From contig NW_008806274.1 in the NCBI RefSeq assembly GCF_000400465.1, positions 56,925 to 88,924 on the forward strand: 32,000 nucleotides of DNA, written 5' to 3'. Source of the stretch: Wallemia ichthyophaga EXF-994 (Eukaryota; Fungi; Basidiomycota). A program made the translations under genes and the position numbers. The notes under the pieces were generated by a model. That model worked only from the letters and a program-made list of their open reading frames with translations, did no database searches and was not told the DNA's origin. This document shows, piece after piece, positions 1-12,328 of the stretch; within the stretch, counting starts at the first letter, position 1, and every line of letters starts with the position of its first letter.

Positions 1-246
1 TTACGAGGCGCATACGTGAGAATGGTCTCTGAGGGCACACATGGCACACACGGCCCACAAAATGTCGATGGCAAAATTTCACTCCACGTCGAGTCGTTCG
101 TTAGCGCTTCGTGGATGACAATTTTCATCATTACGCTGATATACTTGGAGTGGTGGCTGATTAAGAGTTTCTATGAGTGCACTGGGATTAGAATAATCCC
201 GCGTCTCACCCCTTGGAGACCGTTCGATCGACTACAAGGGAAGTGA
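1..246 (+). CDS. Possible 3' end of an unidentified gene entering from the left edge
   Basis: Frame 1 is open from base 1 to TGA at 246 and includes a hydrophobic stretch (WMTIFIITLIYLEWWLI). An AT-rich terminator-like region (290-365) follows, convergent with PNO1. No family recognised; splicing ambiguous (possible donor GTGAGA at 16). Confidence 0.25.
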   Translation, partial: LRGAYVRMVSEGTHGTHGPQNVDGKISLHVESFVSASWMTIFIITLIYLEWWLIKSFYECTGIRIIPRLTPWRPFDRLQGK

Positions 247-402
247 TGAGGACTTGGGATAGGGTATAACAGATAACGACAACAAGCACGTCTTTAATAA
301 AGATACTAAACAACTATTCATGATGCACACTATTTTTAACTTTACTGTATAACAATAAAATATCCCATGACAAGAGTACAAAAAAGAAGGAGAGCGAAAC
401 AA

Positions 403-1128
403 CTAAAATCTCTGCTTGAGTCTAGCGCCGACGACTTTGAGGTGATTGTAAACCTTTCCTGGAGGACTACCCAAGATCAGGCTGCATATGGAATCCTTAC
501 AGAGTCTGCAGTTGTTGAAAGCGCCGAGAATGTGAATATGAGTGTCAGCGAGGACGATTCTAGTGCGTGTAGCATTCTCGAGCGCGAACTTGGTTTTGCC
601 ATTTTGACCAGCGATTCTGCCAATAGCGCGTGAGAGGTGGTCTCCCTGCAGCGATTTCACATCCTTCACTTCGAAGCTGTCGATGTAGAGGTCATCGAGT
701 CTAAGCAAGGCAATTGCATCCTCGACAGCAAAACCGAGGGCGTATGCCTTGACGAAATCGGCACCTTTCTGGAGGTGGCCGGAATCATTCGTGTGCTTCG
801 AGGAGCGCAGTTCAACGGCTCTTTTTTGAGGGTTCATGCGCACTTGCAGCTTGAGGAGGTCGACTAAAGGGCCGTAGATGTTCACCCAGTCTTTCTTGAG
901 CGGGGACATTCTGTGACCGGGTATGAGAACGCCTGGGAGAGTGAAATAGTGAGAAAAGATAAAAAGGCGAATAAAAATCCACTCACGCCTCGTCTGGCCT
1001 TTCAAATCAACAGAAGTGGATTGCGTCTTCTTGGCTGGAGCGAAGACGGGAACGTCTTGGGTGTCCATGGTTTCGTTGGACGTAGACACCATTGGTGTTT
1101 CTGTGTCGATCATAACAGAGTCGCCCAT
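403..1128 (-). CDS. PNO1: Pre-rRNA processing KH-domain protein Pno1/Dim2; one 54-nt intron (933-986)
   Basis: Motifs HRMSPLKKDW, GADFVKAYALGFAVEDAIALLRLDDLYIDSFEVKDVK and HLSRAIGRIAGQNGKTKFALENATRTRIV. Removing the GTGAGT..CCCAG intron gives TRRVLIPGHR. Confidence 0.95.
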   Translation of the reverse strand: MGDSVMIDTETPMVSTSNETMDTQDVPVFAPAKKTQSTSVDLKGQTRREWIFIRLFIFSHYFTLPGVLIPGHRMSPLKKDWVNIYGPLVDLLKLQVRMNPQKRAVELRSSKHTNDSGHLQKGADFVKAYALGFAVEDAIALLRLDDLYIDSFEVKDVKSLQGDHLSRAIGRIAGQNGKTKFALENATRTRIVLADTHIHILGAFNNCRLCKDSICSLILGSPPGKVYNHLKVVGARLKQRF

Positions 1129-1227
1129 TTGTAAATTTAAATTTTAGTGTGTGGATGGGCGGGAGTGAGTTGATAAGAGGATATTTGGGATAGTTGAAAA
1201 TATTCCAAGCAGAGCTAACACAACAAA

Positions 1228-2106
1228 TCATTTGAATTTATGCATGAATTCATCGTACAGGCGTTGGTTGTTCGGTGTGCTTATGCCTTTGATGCGTGCT
1301 TGGTTGATGATATAACCGTTGAGAAATTCAACTTCCGTGTGTGTTGCAGGCTTTCTACGCTGATGAATATCAGTGTGAGTGCTGTTATAGTTGAGTGCTG
1401 TTGTGTTTATTATGTTTTTGGTGTAAAGATGGGTTGAGTGGTGGTCTAGGTCTAAAACAGTGCAGCATTCATCGACTATGGAGTGTACGAGCTCATTGAA
1501 GTGGATCAACTCACCGTTTCTACAATTTTGTAGCGTGGCTAGCGCGTTTATGGCGCAATTGGCTGTGAGTTTGAGGTGTGCGGTGTGTTGGAAGGTGGGA
1601 GTGTCCAGGATGTGTACCTTGATGCCATCTAGCTGCGATAGGGTAGAAAGAAGTGAGTTTGAATTGTTATTGAGCTGTTGATTGGAATTGTACGCTGTTA
1701 CATTGAGTGTACCACCGTTGCTGGCTTCTGTGAGTATGCCATCTTGAAACGCAGCAGCCATACTGAGATTAGAAATTAGAATCTGCTGGCTATACTTGTT
1801 TATAGCCTTAGGCTCTAAAAATCCGAGTCCATTTTGCAAAAATAAGATGCTAGCGTCTGGTGCTAGTAGAGGGTGGATTGTTTCAAGTGAGTTTAAAGCA
1901 TCATTAGCTTTTGTAGCCACGACTAGCTTTTTAATAGGGTTATTGTGTGATTTATTAGGTGTAAAAAGCCCCTGTCTGCCATCAAACAAGGAATATCTAA
2001 TGAAACCCCCAAAAGACTTGAAATTACATGCATAATTTAAGCATTTCAAGTGGAATTTACACGCCAACAAACTACCAATAGCACCCATACCAATAATATT
2101 TATCAT
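1228..2106 (-). CDS. PAN5: 2-dehydropantoate 2-reductase (ketopantoate reductase, PanE/ApbA family), intronless
   Basis: N-terminal IIGMGAIGSL Rossmann motif, plus VVATKA, LFLQNGLG, KLTANCAINAL, NYNSTHTD and TEVEFLNGYI. Confidence 0.88.
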   Translation of the reverse strand: MINIIGMGAIGSLLACKFHLKCLNYACNFKSFGGFIRYSLFDGRQGLFTPNKSHNNPIKKLVVATKANDALNSLETIHPLLAPDASILFLQNGLGFLEPKAINKYSQQILISNLSMAAAFQDGILTEASNGGTLNVTAYNSNQQLNNNSNSLLSTLSQLDGIKVHILDTPTFQHTAHLKLTANCAINALATLQNCRNGELIHFNELVHSIVDECCTVLDLDHHSTHLYTKNIINTTALNYNSTHTDIHQRRKPATHTEVEFLNGYIINQARIKGISTPNNQRLYDEFMHKFK

Positions 2107-2107
2107 T

Positions 2108-2721
2108 TCAATTTAATTTAATTAATATCGTTGTACGCTGTGGGTGTTGGCTGGTTGGAACTGAGTGTGCGGATACTGTTGCCTTGTAGTTGAATCCATC
2201 CAACACGCTCTCAACAATTCCAGCTGTGAATGATTCTGTAGACAGATTCTTCAAATCGCTTGGAATACACACGCTGCGTGATAGAAGTGGTGTGTTATCT
2301 GTAATCATAAATTCATTTGAATTTTCCTTGGATCTTTCAAGGCTGTCTGCTGGCTTATTGAAGAGTGATTTCCATATCTTTGGGTTGTTTAGATGCGCTT
2401 ACATCTATCTAAATCGCTACACACCGGCGTATGAACCATCTGCAACACCTCAATCAAACTAGTTGGCTGCTTGGGATTCCTACTTGCGCCTTCCGCCCTC
2501 CATCTCATCAACTCCAACTGCCTCTGCCCAACTCGATATCCCAGCCAATTCAACTTACTCTCCAGCTCACCGATCCCATCCACTCGATTTAAATTATAAT
2601 TTATTATTTCCCCGAATAACAATGCCCAGCTACCTAACGCTACCTCTTGTGATTTCAACCCCTCCATCGCTTTTCAACAACGTCCATCTCCGCCACCAAT
2701 CTCATTCAATTTTCTACTCAT
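2108..2721 (-). CDS. TRS31: TRAPP complex subunit Trs31 (TRAPPC5); intron 2378-2424, probable first intron 2646-2696
   Basis: ALLFGEIINY..LGYRVGQR..LEL; the spliced junction reads HTP/IWKSLFNKPADSLERS..EFMITDN..SFTAGIVESVLDG..TTILIKL. The start at 2721 (MSRKLNEI/EVALGSW) is inferred; the alternative start is ATG 2667. Confidence 0.88.
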
Positions 2722-2753
2722 TTTTACCCGAATTTCCTTTTATCCTGTAGATC

Positions 2754-4795
2754 ATGATCCTGCGATCATTTTGCACTAAAAATCTCGTCCTCAAACCCAC
2801 TCGATGCACCGTACCTTTTACCCTATCAAACAATGGCAATCGGATACTCTCGAGACCATTGTCTTTGTCTTCTATCTTACCATTGCGTAGGTCTCCCAAC
2901 AACGCCCCAAAAATACGGATGCCCACTGCGAAACTCATCGACGTAATCAAAACTGAGCAATCAACCTTCTCCAAAGGCGTAATTTTCCTCGCCATCAGCT
3001 CATCAGTGTCGCTCATTATACCCGCCTCTATTGGTTCTCTCATTGACCTCTTTTCCGGTGCTAAACCGGATGCTTTCTTTGGCTACTCCCTTACCAGCGT
3101 GACGTGCGCTTTAGGAGGTTTATTCGCTGTTGGTGCAGCAGCCAACGCCGGCCGCGCCATGTTATTTCGTTTAGCTGGTCAGCGTATAGTGAACCGCTTG
3201 CGCGTTGACGCCTACTCAAATGCGCTCAAGCAAGATGTAGAATTCGCCGATAAAGGGAGTGGGGAGACTCTCTCTCGTCTCACCTCCGACTCAACAATCC
3301 TTACTGACTGCGTAACGCAATCTCTTTCCGACGGTCTGCGCGCGAGCGTGTTCAGTGTGTTTGGGCTGTGCGCCATGTTTTTCATCAGCAGCAAACTGAC
3401 GACGGTAATGTTAACGATAGTGCCCCCAATAGCTATCGGAGCGGTGTTCTACGGTCGCTACCTGAAACGCCTCTCGACAGCCTCGCAGGATGCTCTCGCA
3501 GACGCTAGTAACTTAGCCAACGAGCGTCTAAGCGCCTTCCGCACTATCACAGCATCCAACACACAGGATGGGGAAGCTAAGCGGTTCTCCAGAAAGATAG
3601 ATACTGTCCTGCAGCTAGGTAGGAGGGAGGCGATTGCGAGTGGTGTCTTTTTCGGCAGTACGGGGTTCTCGGGTAACCTTTCCATCCTCGCACTGTTGGC
3701 ATACGGTGGTCATCTTGTGGGATTGGGTGAGATTACTATAGGCAACCTCTCTTCTCTTCTCCTTTACTCGGCTTATGTGGGCAGCTCCCTCTCTAGCCTT
3801 ACCTCGTTCTATAGTTCTATGATGCGCGGATTGGGCGCCGGTGAACGCGTTTTTGCACTGATAGAACGTAAGCCGCAGATCAAACTGGGCGAAGGATACG
3901 ATTTGGCTAGTGTGCTCGGAGGCAAATCTAGCGGAACGGTGCGGTTCGAGCGCTGTGCTTTCACGTATCCGACGCGACCAGATGCGACGATACTGCGTGA
4001 TGTATCATTTGATGGTGAGTGTTGAGTGTTGAGAGTGGAGGGATAGTGAATCCTACCCAAGCAAGACTAGCACTAAGACTGAGACTGACACACCATACAG
4101 TCCCTCAAGGCCAGAGTGTAGCGATAGCCGGACCATCTGGTGCGGGCAAGACGTCGATCATAGCGTTATTACTGCGCTACTACGATCCAAACGGCGGGCG
4201 AGTGACATACAACGGTCACGACATACGCGCCTTCACACCTGAGAGCTGGCGAGAGATTATCGGGGTAGTAGACCAACGACCCGTGTTATTCGCGGGAACG
4301 ATCGAGGAGAATATAAAATATGGTACAGAAAATGCAAGTAGTTTCGACGTGTACAATGCAGCTATGCAGGCGAATTGCGAATTTGTCAAACAGCTTCCAC
4401 AAGGTTTCCACACTACAGTCACGCCGTCGTCGCTGAGCGGTGGACAGGTGCAGCGGATAGCTATTGCGCGCGCTCTCATCAAACGACCCGCTTTGCTGGT
4501 GCTGGATGAGGCGAGCAGCGCGCTGGACGCACAGAGCGAAGCGCAGGTGAATGAGGCTATAAGACGCATCCTCAACCAGTCTCAGACTACCGTTATCGTT
4601 ATCGCTCATCGGCTCTCGTCACTGCGTAGCGCGCAAAAAATAGTATGTCTTGAAGACGGCGTCGTTAGTGAGAGCGGTAGCTTTGAAGAACTAACTAAGA
4701 GCGGAGGCGGGAGATTCAGACGCCTGATGGCTGAACAGCTGTCGAGTGCGGCAGGCGGGGCTGGTGAGCTGCAGTATAGCCGCAAGGTGGAATAA
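2754..4795 (+). CDS. MDL1: Mitochondrial-type ABCB half transporter (Mdl1/ABCB10-like); intron 4015-4100
   Basis: Arg/Ser-rich presequence-like N-terminus and ABC-TM domain. Walker A GPSGAGKT, signature LSGGQ, Walker B LLVLDEASSALD, H-loop IAHRLS. The intron GTGAGT..CAG joins FD-V-PQG. Confidence 0.9.
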
Positions 4796-4911
4796 AAAGG
4801 GGTAGGATTTGTGAGGCTAGTGCTGTATATAGACATGTATAATGCTTTCAATAGTTTGACGCCAGCATCGAGAAGATCTTGCATCTTGCACAGCCACGGC
4901 GAGGATCGATA

Positions 4912-6843
<1,932 letters not shown>

Positions 6844-6897
6844 TGTAAGTGGAGGGTATGAGGAATAACCAAGACAATAAAATTTTCATTTCTTCCG

Positions 6898-7561
6898 TCA
6901 TGTCATCTTAAAGTCGTTGTACGCCGACGTAGTAGCTTGCTGGACGTTGTCGAGGGTACTTTCAGGGAGTGTGTCTATTTGAGTGGCGGGACACCCGCTG
7001 AAGAGGGCGTACGGGGGGATGACGGTGTTAGGAGGGACAACGGAGCCTGGAGTGAGTCTGGCGCAGTCCTTGATAACGACGAAACGACCCTGGGGAGAAG
7101 GATGTTAGGATAGGTGTATTAGATAAGTGCCACTCCACCCACCACCACACACCCGCGTCCAATGTCGACATAGGAACCTACGGCCGCGGCTTCCAACACG
7201 GAGTGTGCACCGATTGAAGTATAATCACCAATTTTCATCGGGTAGTAGCTGAAAGTGCCTTTGTATGTCTTGTACGCCGGCCGCACAACGCAAGCCTCAT
7301 CGAGGATGGTGTATTTACCAATATTCATGGCTATAGAGGGGGAAGGACCGGCGCGTTTAAGATCGCCGCGGATGATGACGTCGGCCTTTATAATTACGTT
7401 GCCCGAGAGGACTATGTTGACGGGTGCGCAGATGGTCGCCTTGCGGGAGATTCTGTTGCCTGTGTCCTGTGTGCTGGGAGATGAGCAAGGAGAATAACAA
7501 CACGGGAAGCTGCACCCACAGTCTCTATCCATAAAGAATCATTTTTGAATCGCGTCGTCAT
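6898..7561 (-). CDS. DCTN5: Dynactin subunit p25 (DCTN5); two introns with GTGGGT donors
   Basis: Spliced product MTTRFKNDSLWIETDTGNRISRK..IRGDL..RPAYKTYKGTFSYYPMKIGDY..CVV/GRFVVIKDCA..PPYALFSGCPA; hexapeptide beta-helix pattern. Confidence 0.9.
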
Positions 7562-7599
7562 GGATGTTGGCGGGCAAGGTGGGTTGATAACACACCGCC

Positions 7600-8757
7600 A
7601 TGGCCACACTCGCGGAAAAACGGAAACCATCGCTGAAAGTGGCTAAGCCCGCACAGCGATACAGACCTGGACAGAGACCGGTGCAGGCGGAGGGGAGCGA
7701 TGGCAGTGGGAGTGAGAGTGAGGATGAGGAAGAGGAAGACGGCGACGACTATGAGAACGAGAATGGGAATGAGAATATCACTGCTCTTGATACTATCGAT
7801 CAGGATATAAAGCCTGATATCAAGCCTGATACTCGTAACATGGCTATCAGCACAAATATCAAGGATTTGGATATCGGCAGAACTCAAGTCAAGCAAGAGT
7901 CTGAAACGGGCGATAACCAAGAAATTAGCCAAGAAAGCAGCCAAGAAAGCTCAGAAGAAAGCTCAGAAGAAAGCTCAGAAGAAGCCCCAGCACCCCGTCT
8001 TAAACCAACATTCATACCAAAGTGGGTGCATCCATCTACACACACAGGACCATCTAAGTAGCCACTAACTAGACGCGCTCGCGAGACCACCCTACAGCAG
8101 CAGAAACAGACCCAAGATTCAGAAGAAGCGCAAAGAAAGAGAGAAGAAGCAGATGAAGAGCGGAAACAGGCGTCGATTGATATGGTGGCTGACAGTATAC
8201 GCAGGGAGATGGCAGAGAAGGACGCTACACAGCTCATCCCTGATGTAGACGACACAGATGGTCTTGACCCACAGGCTGAATTCGACGCTTGGAGGCTGCG
8301 TGAATTGAAGCGTATAGAGCGACATGAGGTGGCTAAGAAAATTCGCGATGAAGAGATGGAGGAAATAGAGCGTAGACGCGCTATGCCAGAACACGAACGC
8401 ATCAAGCAAGACACTGCCCTCGCTGAACAGAAGCGCGACGAGAAATACAAAACCAGACAGGGCGGTACTTATATGCAGAAATTCTGGCATAAAGGTGCTT
8501 TCCATCAGGATATGGATGTCTTGAAGAGAGATCTTTCTGGACCTACGGAGAATCAAATCGACCTTGGTAAACTCCCGCAAGTGATGCAAGTGAGAGATTT
8601 CGGTAAGATCAAGCAGACAAAGTATAAGACGCTTAAAGACGAGGATACTAGTGTGCAGAATACTACTAAGAAGAAGCGCGATGACGTTGGTGATAGTAGA
8701 TATAGACAGCAGGAGGATATTGATCGGGAGGACAGTAAGCGACAGAAGGTGTCGTAG
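7600..8757 (+). CDS. MFAP1: Splicing factor MFAP1/Spp381-like; intron 8022-8072
   Basis: RYRPGQRP, acidic SDGSGSESEDEE, LKPTFIPK/RARET, PDVDDTDGLDPQAEFDAWRLRELKRI, YMQKFWHKGAF and LPQVMQVRDFGK..TKY. Confidence 0.9.
7919..7985 (+). repeat. 12-nt coding tandem repeat (about 5 units, SQE/SSEE) in MFAP1
   Basis: AGCCAAGAAAGC / TCAGAAGAAAGC units seen directly. Confidence 0.8.
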
Positions 8758-8854
8758 TTGTAGTACAGTCGCAATTGCAGTCACATTATGTACTTGTATT
8801 TATATTCATTGTCAGAGTGATGATGCAAAATAATTGAAAACCCCCTAAGCCCCA

Positions 8855-9703
8855 TTAAACACGGCTATTCTCCCCAGCTGGAACATTAAGTAGTATACCA
8901 TTACCACCACCATTTCCAGAAGGAAGGAAAGTAACATTTTGATTTGTGCCGTTGGACAATCTAGTAGCGATATCCTTTGAAGCTTCAATTCTTCTAAGAG
9001 TGAGTATAGCCTCACCATACTTATCCATAGCTTTGGAAACAGTCGACGCAGCTTCAGCTTCACCTTCACTCCTGATAATGTTAGCTTTTCTCTCCTGATC
9101 AGATTTCTCAACAACAAATCTAGCCCTTTCAGCTTCTTGCTGAGCAATTTGCTTCTGTTCGACAGCCTTTGTGAACTCTTTACCGAAAGTCATATGAGTG
9201 ATTGAGACGTCCTCCAATTTGATGTTAAACTCATCGGCTCTTTTGAGAAGATCATCGCGTATACGACTAGAGACAACCTCTCTTTGGGTGATTAATTCAG
9301 CGGCATCAAACTGAGCAACGATAGCCTTAAGTACTTCGTTACCGATCGAAGGCAGGACTCTTTCTTCATAGTCTAAACCCAAACCCTTATAAATTGTAGG
9401 CAGTCTTTCAATATCAGGTCTACTAAGGACTCTTAAAGTGAGAGAAACCATTTGTAAATCTTTGGAACCAGTTGTAGTGGCGATGTTGCGAGGCTTTATA
9501 CGGCAGTCATAGAGGATTGCTCTTTGTAGCCAGGGGATGAGCAAGTGAGTACCTTCACTAGTCGAAGTATCCTTAACACCAGAGAAACGATCGAATAGGA
9601 CAGCCTTGAAGCCACCGGGGACGTCGTAGATAGAGGATTGTAAGAATGAGACGCCAATAGCAGCGGGTACAAGTAATTTAGATAGTGCGTTTGGTAAGGC
9701 CAT
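8855..9703 (-). CDS. PHB1: Prohibitin-1, intronless
   Basis: YDVPGGFKAVLFDRFSGV, TTGSKDLQMVSLTLRVLSRP, LPSIGNEVLKAIVAQFDAAELITQRE and KQIAQQEAERARFVVE. Confidence 0.96.
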   Translation of the reverse strand: MALPNALSKLLVPAAIGVSFLQSSIYDVPGGFKAVLFDRFSGVKDTSTSEGTHLLIPWLQRAILYDCRIKPRNIATTTGSKDLQMVSLTLRVLSRPDIERLPTIYKGLGLDYEERVLPSIGNEVLKAIVAQFDAAELITQREVVSSRIRDDLLKRADEFNIKLEDVSITHMTFGKEFTKAVEQKQIAQQEAERARFVVEKSDQERKANIIRSEGEAEAASTVSKAMDKYGEAILTLRRIEASKDIATRLSNGTNQNVTFLPSGNGGGNGILLNVPAGENSRV

Positions 9704-9825
9704 TTTGGTGTTGGGAGTTGTTGATCGTTACTTGTTACTGGTTAACCGCCAACTACCACGTATAAAAGGTTTACTAGTAAATATTTCTAGTCTTTACATC
9801 AAATTAACACTATTAGTTCACAGTC

Positions 9826-10186
9826 ATGTCCGCAAAAATATCAAACCCAGAGTTGAAGAAGGTTGTCCAAGTGATTTGCTTGTAAATTACTAGCTAACAC
9901 TCAACAGTACATGGATAAGCGTGTTCTTGTAAATCTACAAGCAAATAGAAAGGTTACCGGGCAATTAAGAGGATTTGACTTGTTCTTGAATCTAGTGTTG
10001 GATGATGCACACGATGAATCTGTTGCGGGTGAAAAGAGCAAGATTGGTCAGACTGTAGGGGGTACAACATATCTATTAATCACTATTCACCAAAATCCCC
10101 AGGTTATCCGCGGAAACTCAGTAACTTCCATGGAATCACTCGAAGCAATCCCAAAGCAACGGACATGGGGACAAAGGCAGTATTAA
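9826..10186 (+). CDS. SMX2: Sm core protein SmG; introns 9862-9907 and 10055-10102
   Basis: Spliced product MSAKISNPELKK/YMDKRVLVNLQANRKVTGQLRGFDLFLNLVLDDA..IGQT/VIRGNSVTSME, containing the Sm1 and Sm2 motifs. Confidence 0.9.
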
Positions 10187-10279
10187 TATATTAATTAATT
10201 TAAATTTTAAAGTATTTTGTACATTTCATCCTTTTTACCTTCCCTTACGTTCAAACTCCCAATAGGTCAAAGAGCTCAA

Positions 10280-12160
10280 ATGAGAAGACCAATTTCACTC
10301 TACTTGCTGCAAGTTTCTTTGTCTATCGCAAGTCCAATAGCCAGTCCTATTACTATTCTCCACAAGGAACATCCCCCAGGCACAACTCTCTTCTATGTAC
10401 AACTCATTATCTCAATTTCCTTGGTTCTGTCTGGTGGCTTATTTGCTGGGTCAGTTAGGTTTCGATAAGCCATTTCCACTCTCACACCACTCCAGTCTCA
10501 CTCTCGGTATCCTCTCCCTCGATGACTTGAACTTGAAAGTCCTTGAAACTTCGGGCGAATCTCAAACTGAAAGGGATCACGCAAAGCGTTTAATTAACCT
10601 TTTGTCTCTCGGTAGACATTGGATTCTCTCCGTTCTCCTCCTCTCCAACTCGGTCGTAAACGAAGCACTTCCAATCTTCCTTGATAGCATCCTTGGCGGT
10701 GGTTATGTGGGTTTTACACTTGTTCGTATCGCTCATTTCTCATTCTCCCTCAGTCTGCCATTTTCATTTCCACAGCTTCTATCTTCATGTTTGGAGAGTG
10801 CGTTTTCTGCTATTCCCCCGTTTTAACCACTCTGACTCTCCCACTCCCACAGAATAATACCTCAGTCTATCTGCGCCAGACACGGCTTAGCCATCGGCTC
10901 CTTCTTCTCCCCTCTCGTCTTGATCCTCTGTTACCTCACCTCTCCAATCACATACCCCCTCTCAAAACTCCTTGATTTCATTTTAGGCTCTCAGCACGAC
11001 ACTACTTGTCAGTTTCTCTGTTTTTCTTGCCCTTTTGCATATGTCTCACCCATCCTCCAGACAAAAAGGCTGAACTCAAGTCTTTCTTGAATCTACACAG
11101 ATATGGCGTTGAGCCTTTACAAGACGACGAGATCAATATCATGGAGGCTTGCTTGTCACTTAATGAGAAGAAAGTCATGGACATCATGACCCCCATTGAA
11201 GATGTCTACAAATTATCAAGTGATCAAGTTGTCGATGGTGTTGTGATTGACAAAATCTTGCATCACGGTTATTCGAGAATCCCGATTCACACCCCTAACA
11301 ATCCTACACGCTTCATTGGTATGCTCCTAGTTAAGAAGCTCATCAAATATGATCCTGAAGATAAGTGGCTTGTCAGTGACTTTGCGCTGTGTGAGTTTGT
11401 TAAAAGCACTCAAGCTACCTGCTAATCTCTCCCCTTTAGCCGTCTTGCCAGAAGCTCTACCAAACATCAGCTGCTTCCAGGCCTTAGACTACTTCCAGAC
11501 TGGTCGTGCCCACCTTCTCGTGATTACTGAACACCCAGGTGATCTTCAAGGCAGAGGTGTGCTTGGTGTTGCGACTCTCGAGGATGTCCTGGAGGAGATT
11601 CTTGGGGAAGAGATTATCGACGAGTCTGATAGGTTAGTTATGTGTCTGGATAAAGCGTTTCAACTGACTTGGATAATTTGCCCACTCTTAGGATTATGGA
11701 TAATAGATCGAAAAGACGTGTCGTGCGCACCCACCAATACATCAAGGGTATCTATGAACGTCAGAAAGCAGTCAGGAGAGGCAGTTTACCAGAATCGAGT
11801 ACGAAGAGTACAAATTCTAGAGCAGAATCACCAGTCGCCAATTTCAGGAAGAAGCATGGCACGTCTACTCCATCCACCAGCACAATGGAGTATGCACGTC
11901 CATCTGCGACTGTGATGGACAGCAGTCACCCTATTAGTAGCACCAACACTAACACCAACACTAATACTAACAGCACTGTGGCCAATATGTCAAACGAGGA
12001 TCTAGTGGAGAACCTCACTGACGAGAATACAGCACTCATTAAAAGTCCAGCTGCTAGACATCCAACTAACAGTAGCAATAGAGCGAAATTCACAACTTCG
12101 GTTGTCGGTTCACCTACACACTCTGAAAGAGACAATAACAACTATGGATCCGTTGCTTGA
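10280..12160 (+). CDS. MAM3: DUF21/CNNM + CBS-domain membrane protein (Mam3-like); about 6 introns
   Basis: LVLSGGLFAGLTLGILSLD, LLLSNSVVNEALPIFLD, FG/EIIPQSICARHGLAIG, MTPIEDVY, HGYSRIP and GVATLEDVLEEILGEEIIDESD. Confidence 0.88.
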
Positions 12161-12328
12161 TATGCATTCTAACTTTATGATTTACCTTTGATATACTCGC
12201 AAACACGTATACACGCGCTTACTAGAAATTACTTTAACATTCAACCATTTTATTGTAAATAATGATGCATATTCATATACAGATTATAAATAAAATTATT
12301 AATATGGTGAACGCAATCAAGATGGTGG

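Noticed and set aside
1228-2106. PAN5 as a possible bacterial horizontal transfer (intronless, AT-rich, operon-like junction)
   Set aside because: Fungi have native PanE-family genes and several neighbours are also intronless. It cannot be supported without a phylogeny.
11940-11975. (AACACT)n Asn-Thr microsatellite in the MAM3 tail, RG repeats in RPC53, EEL repeats in AVT3, Gln runs in TAF1
   Set aside because: Ordinary low-complexity coding tracts in disordered regions.
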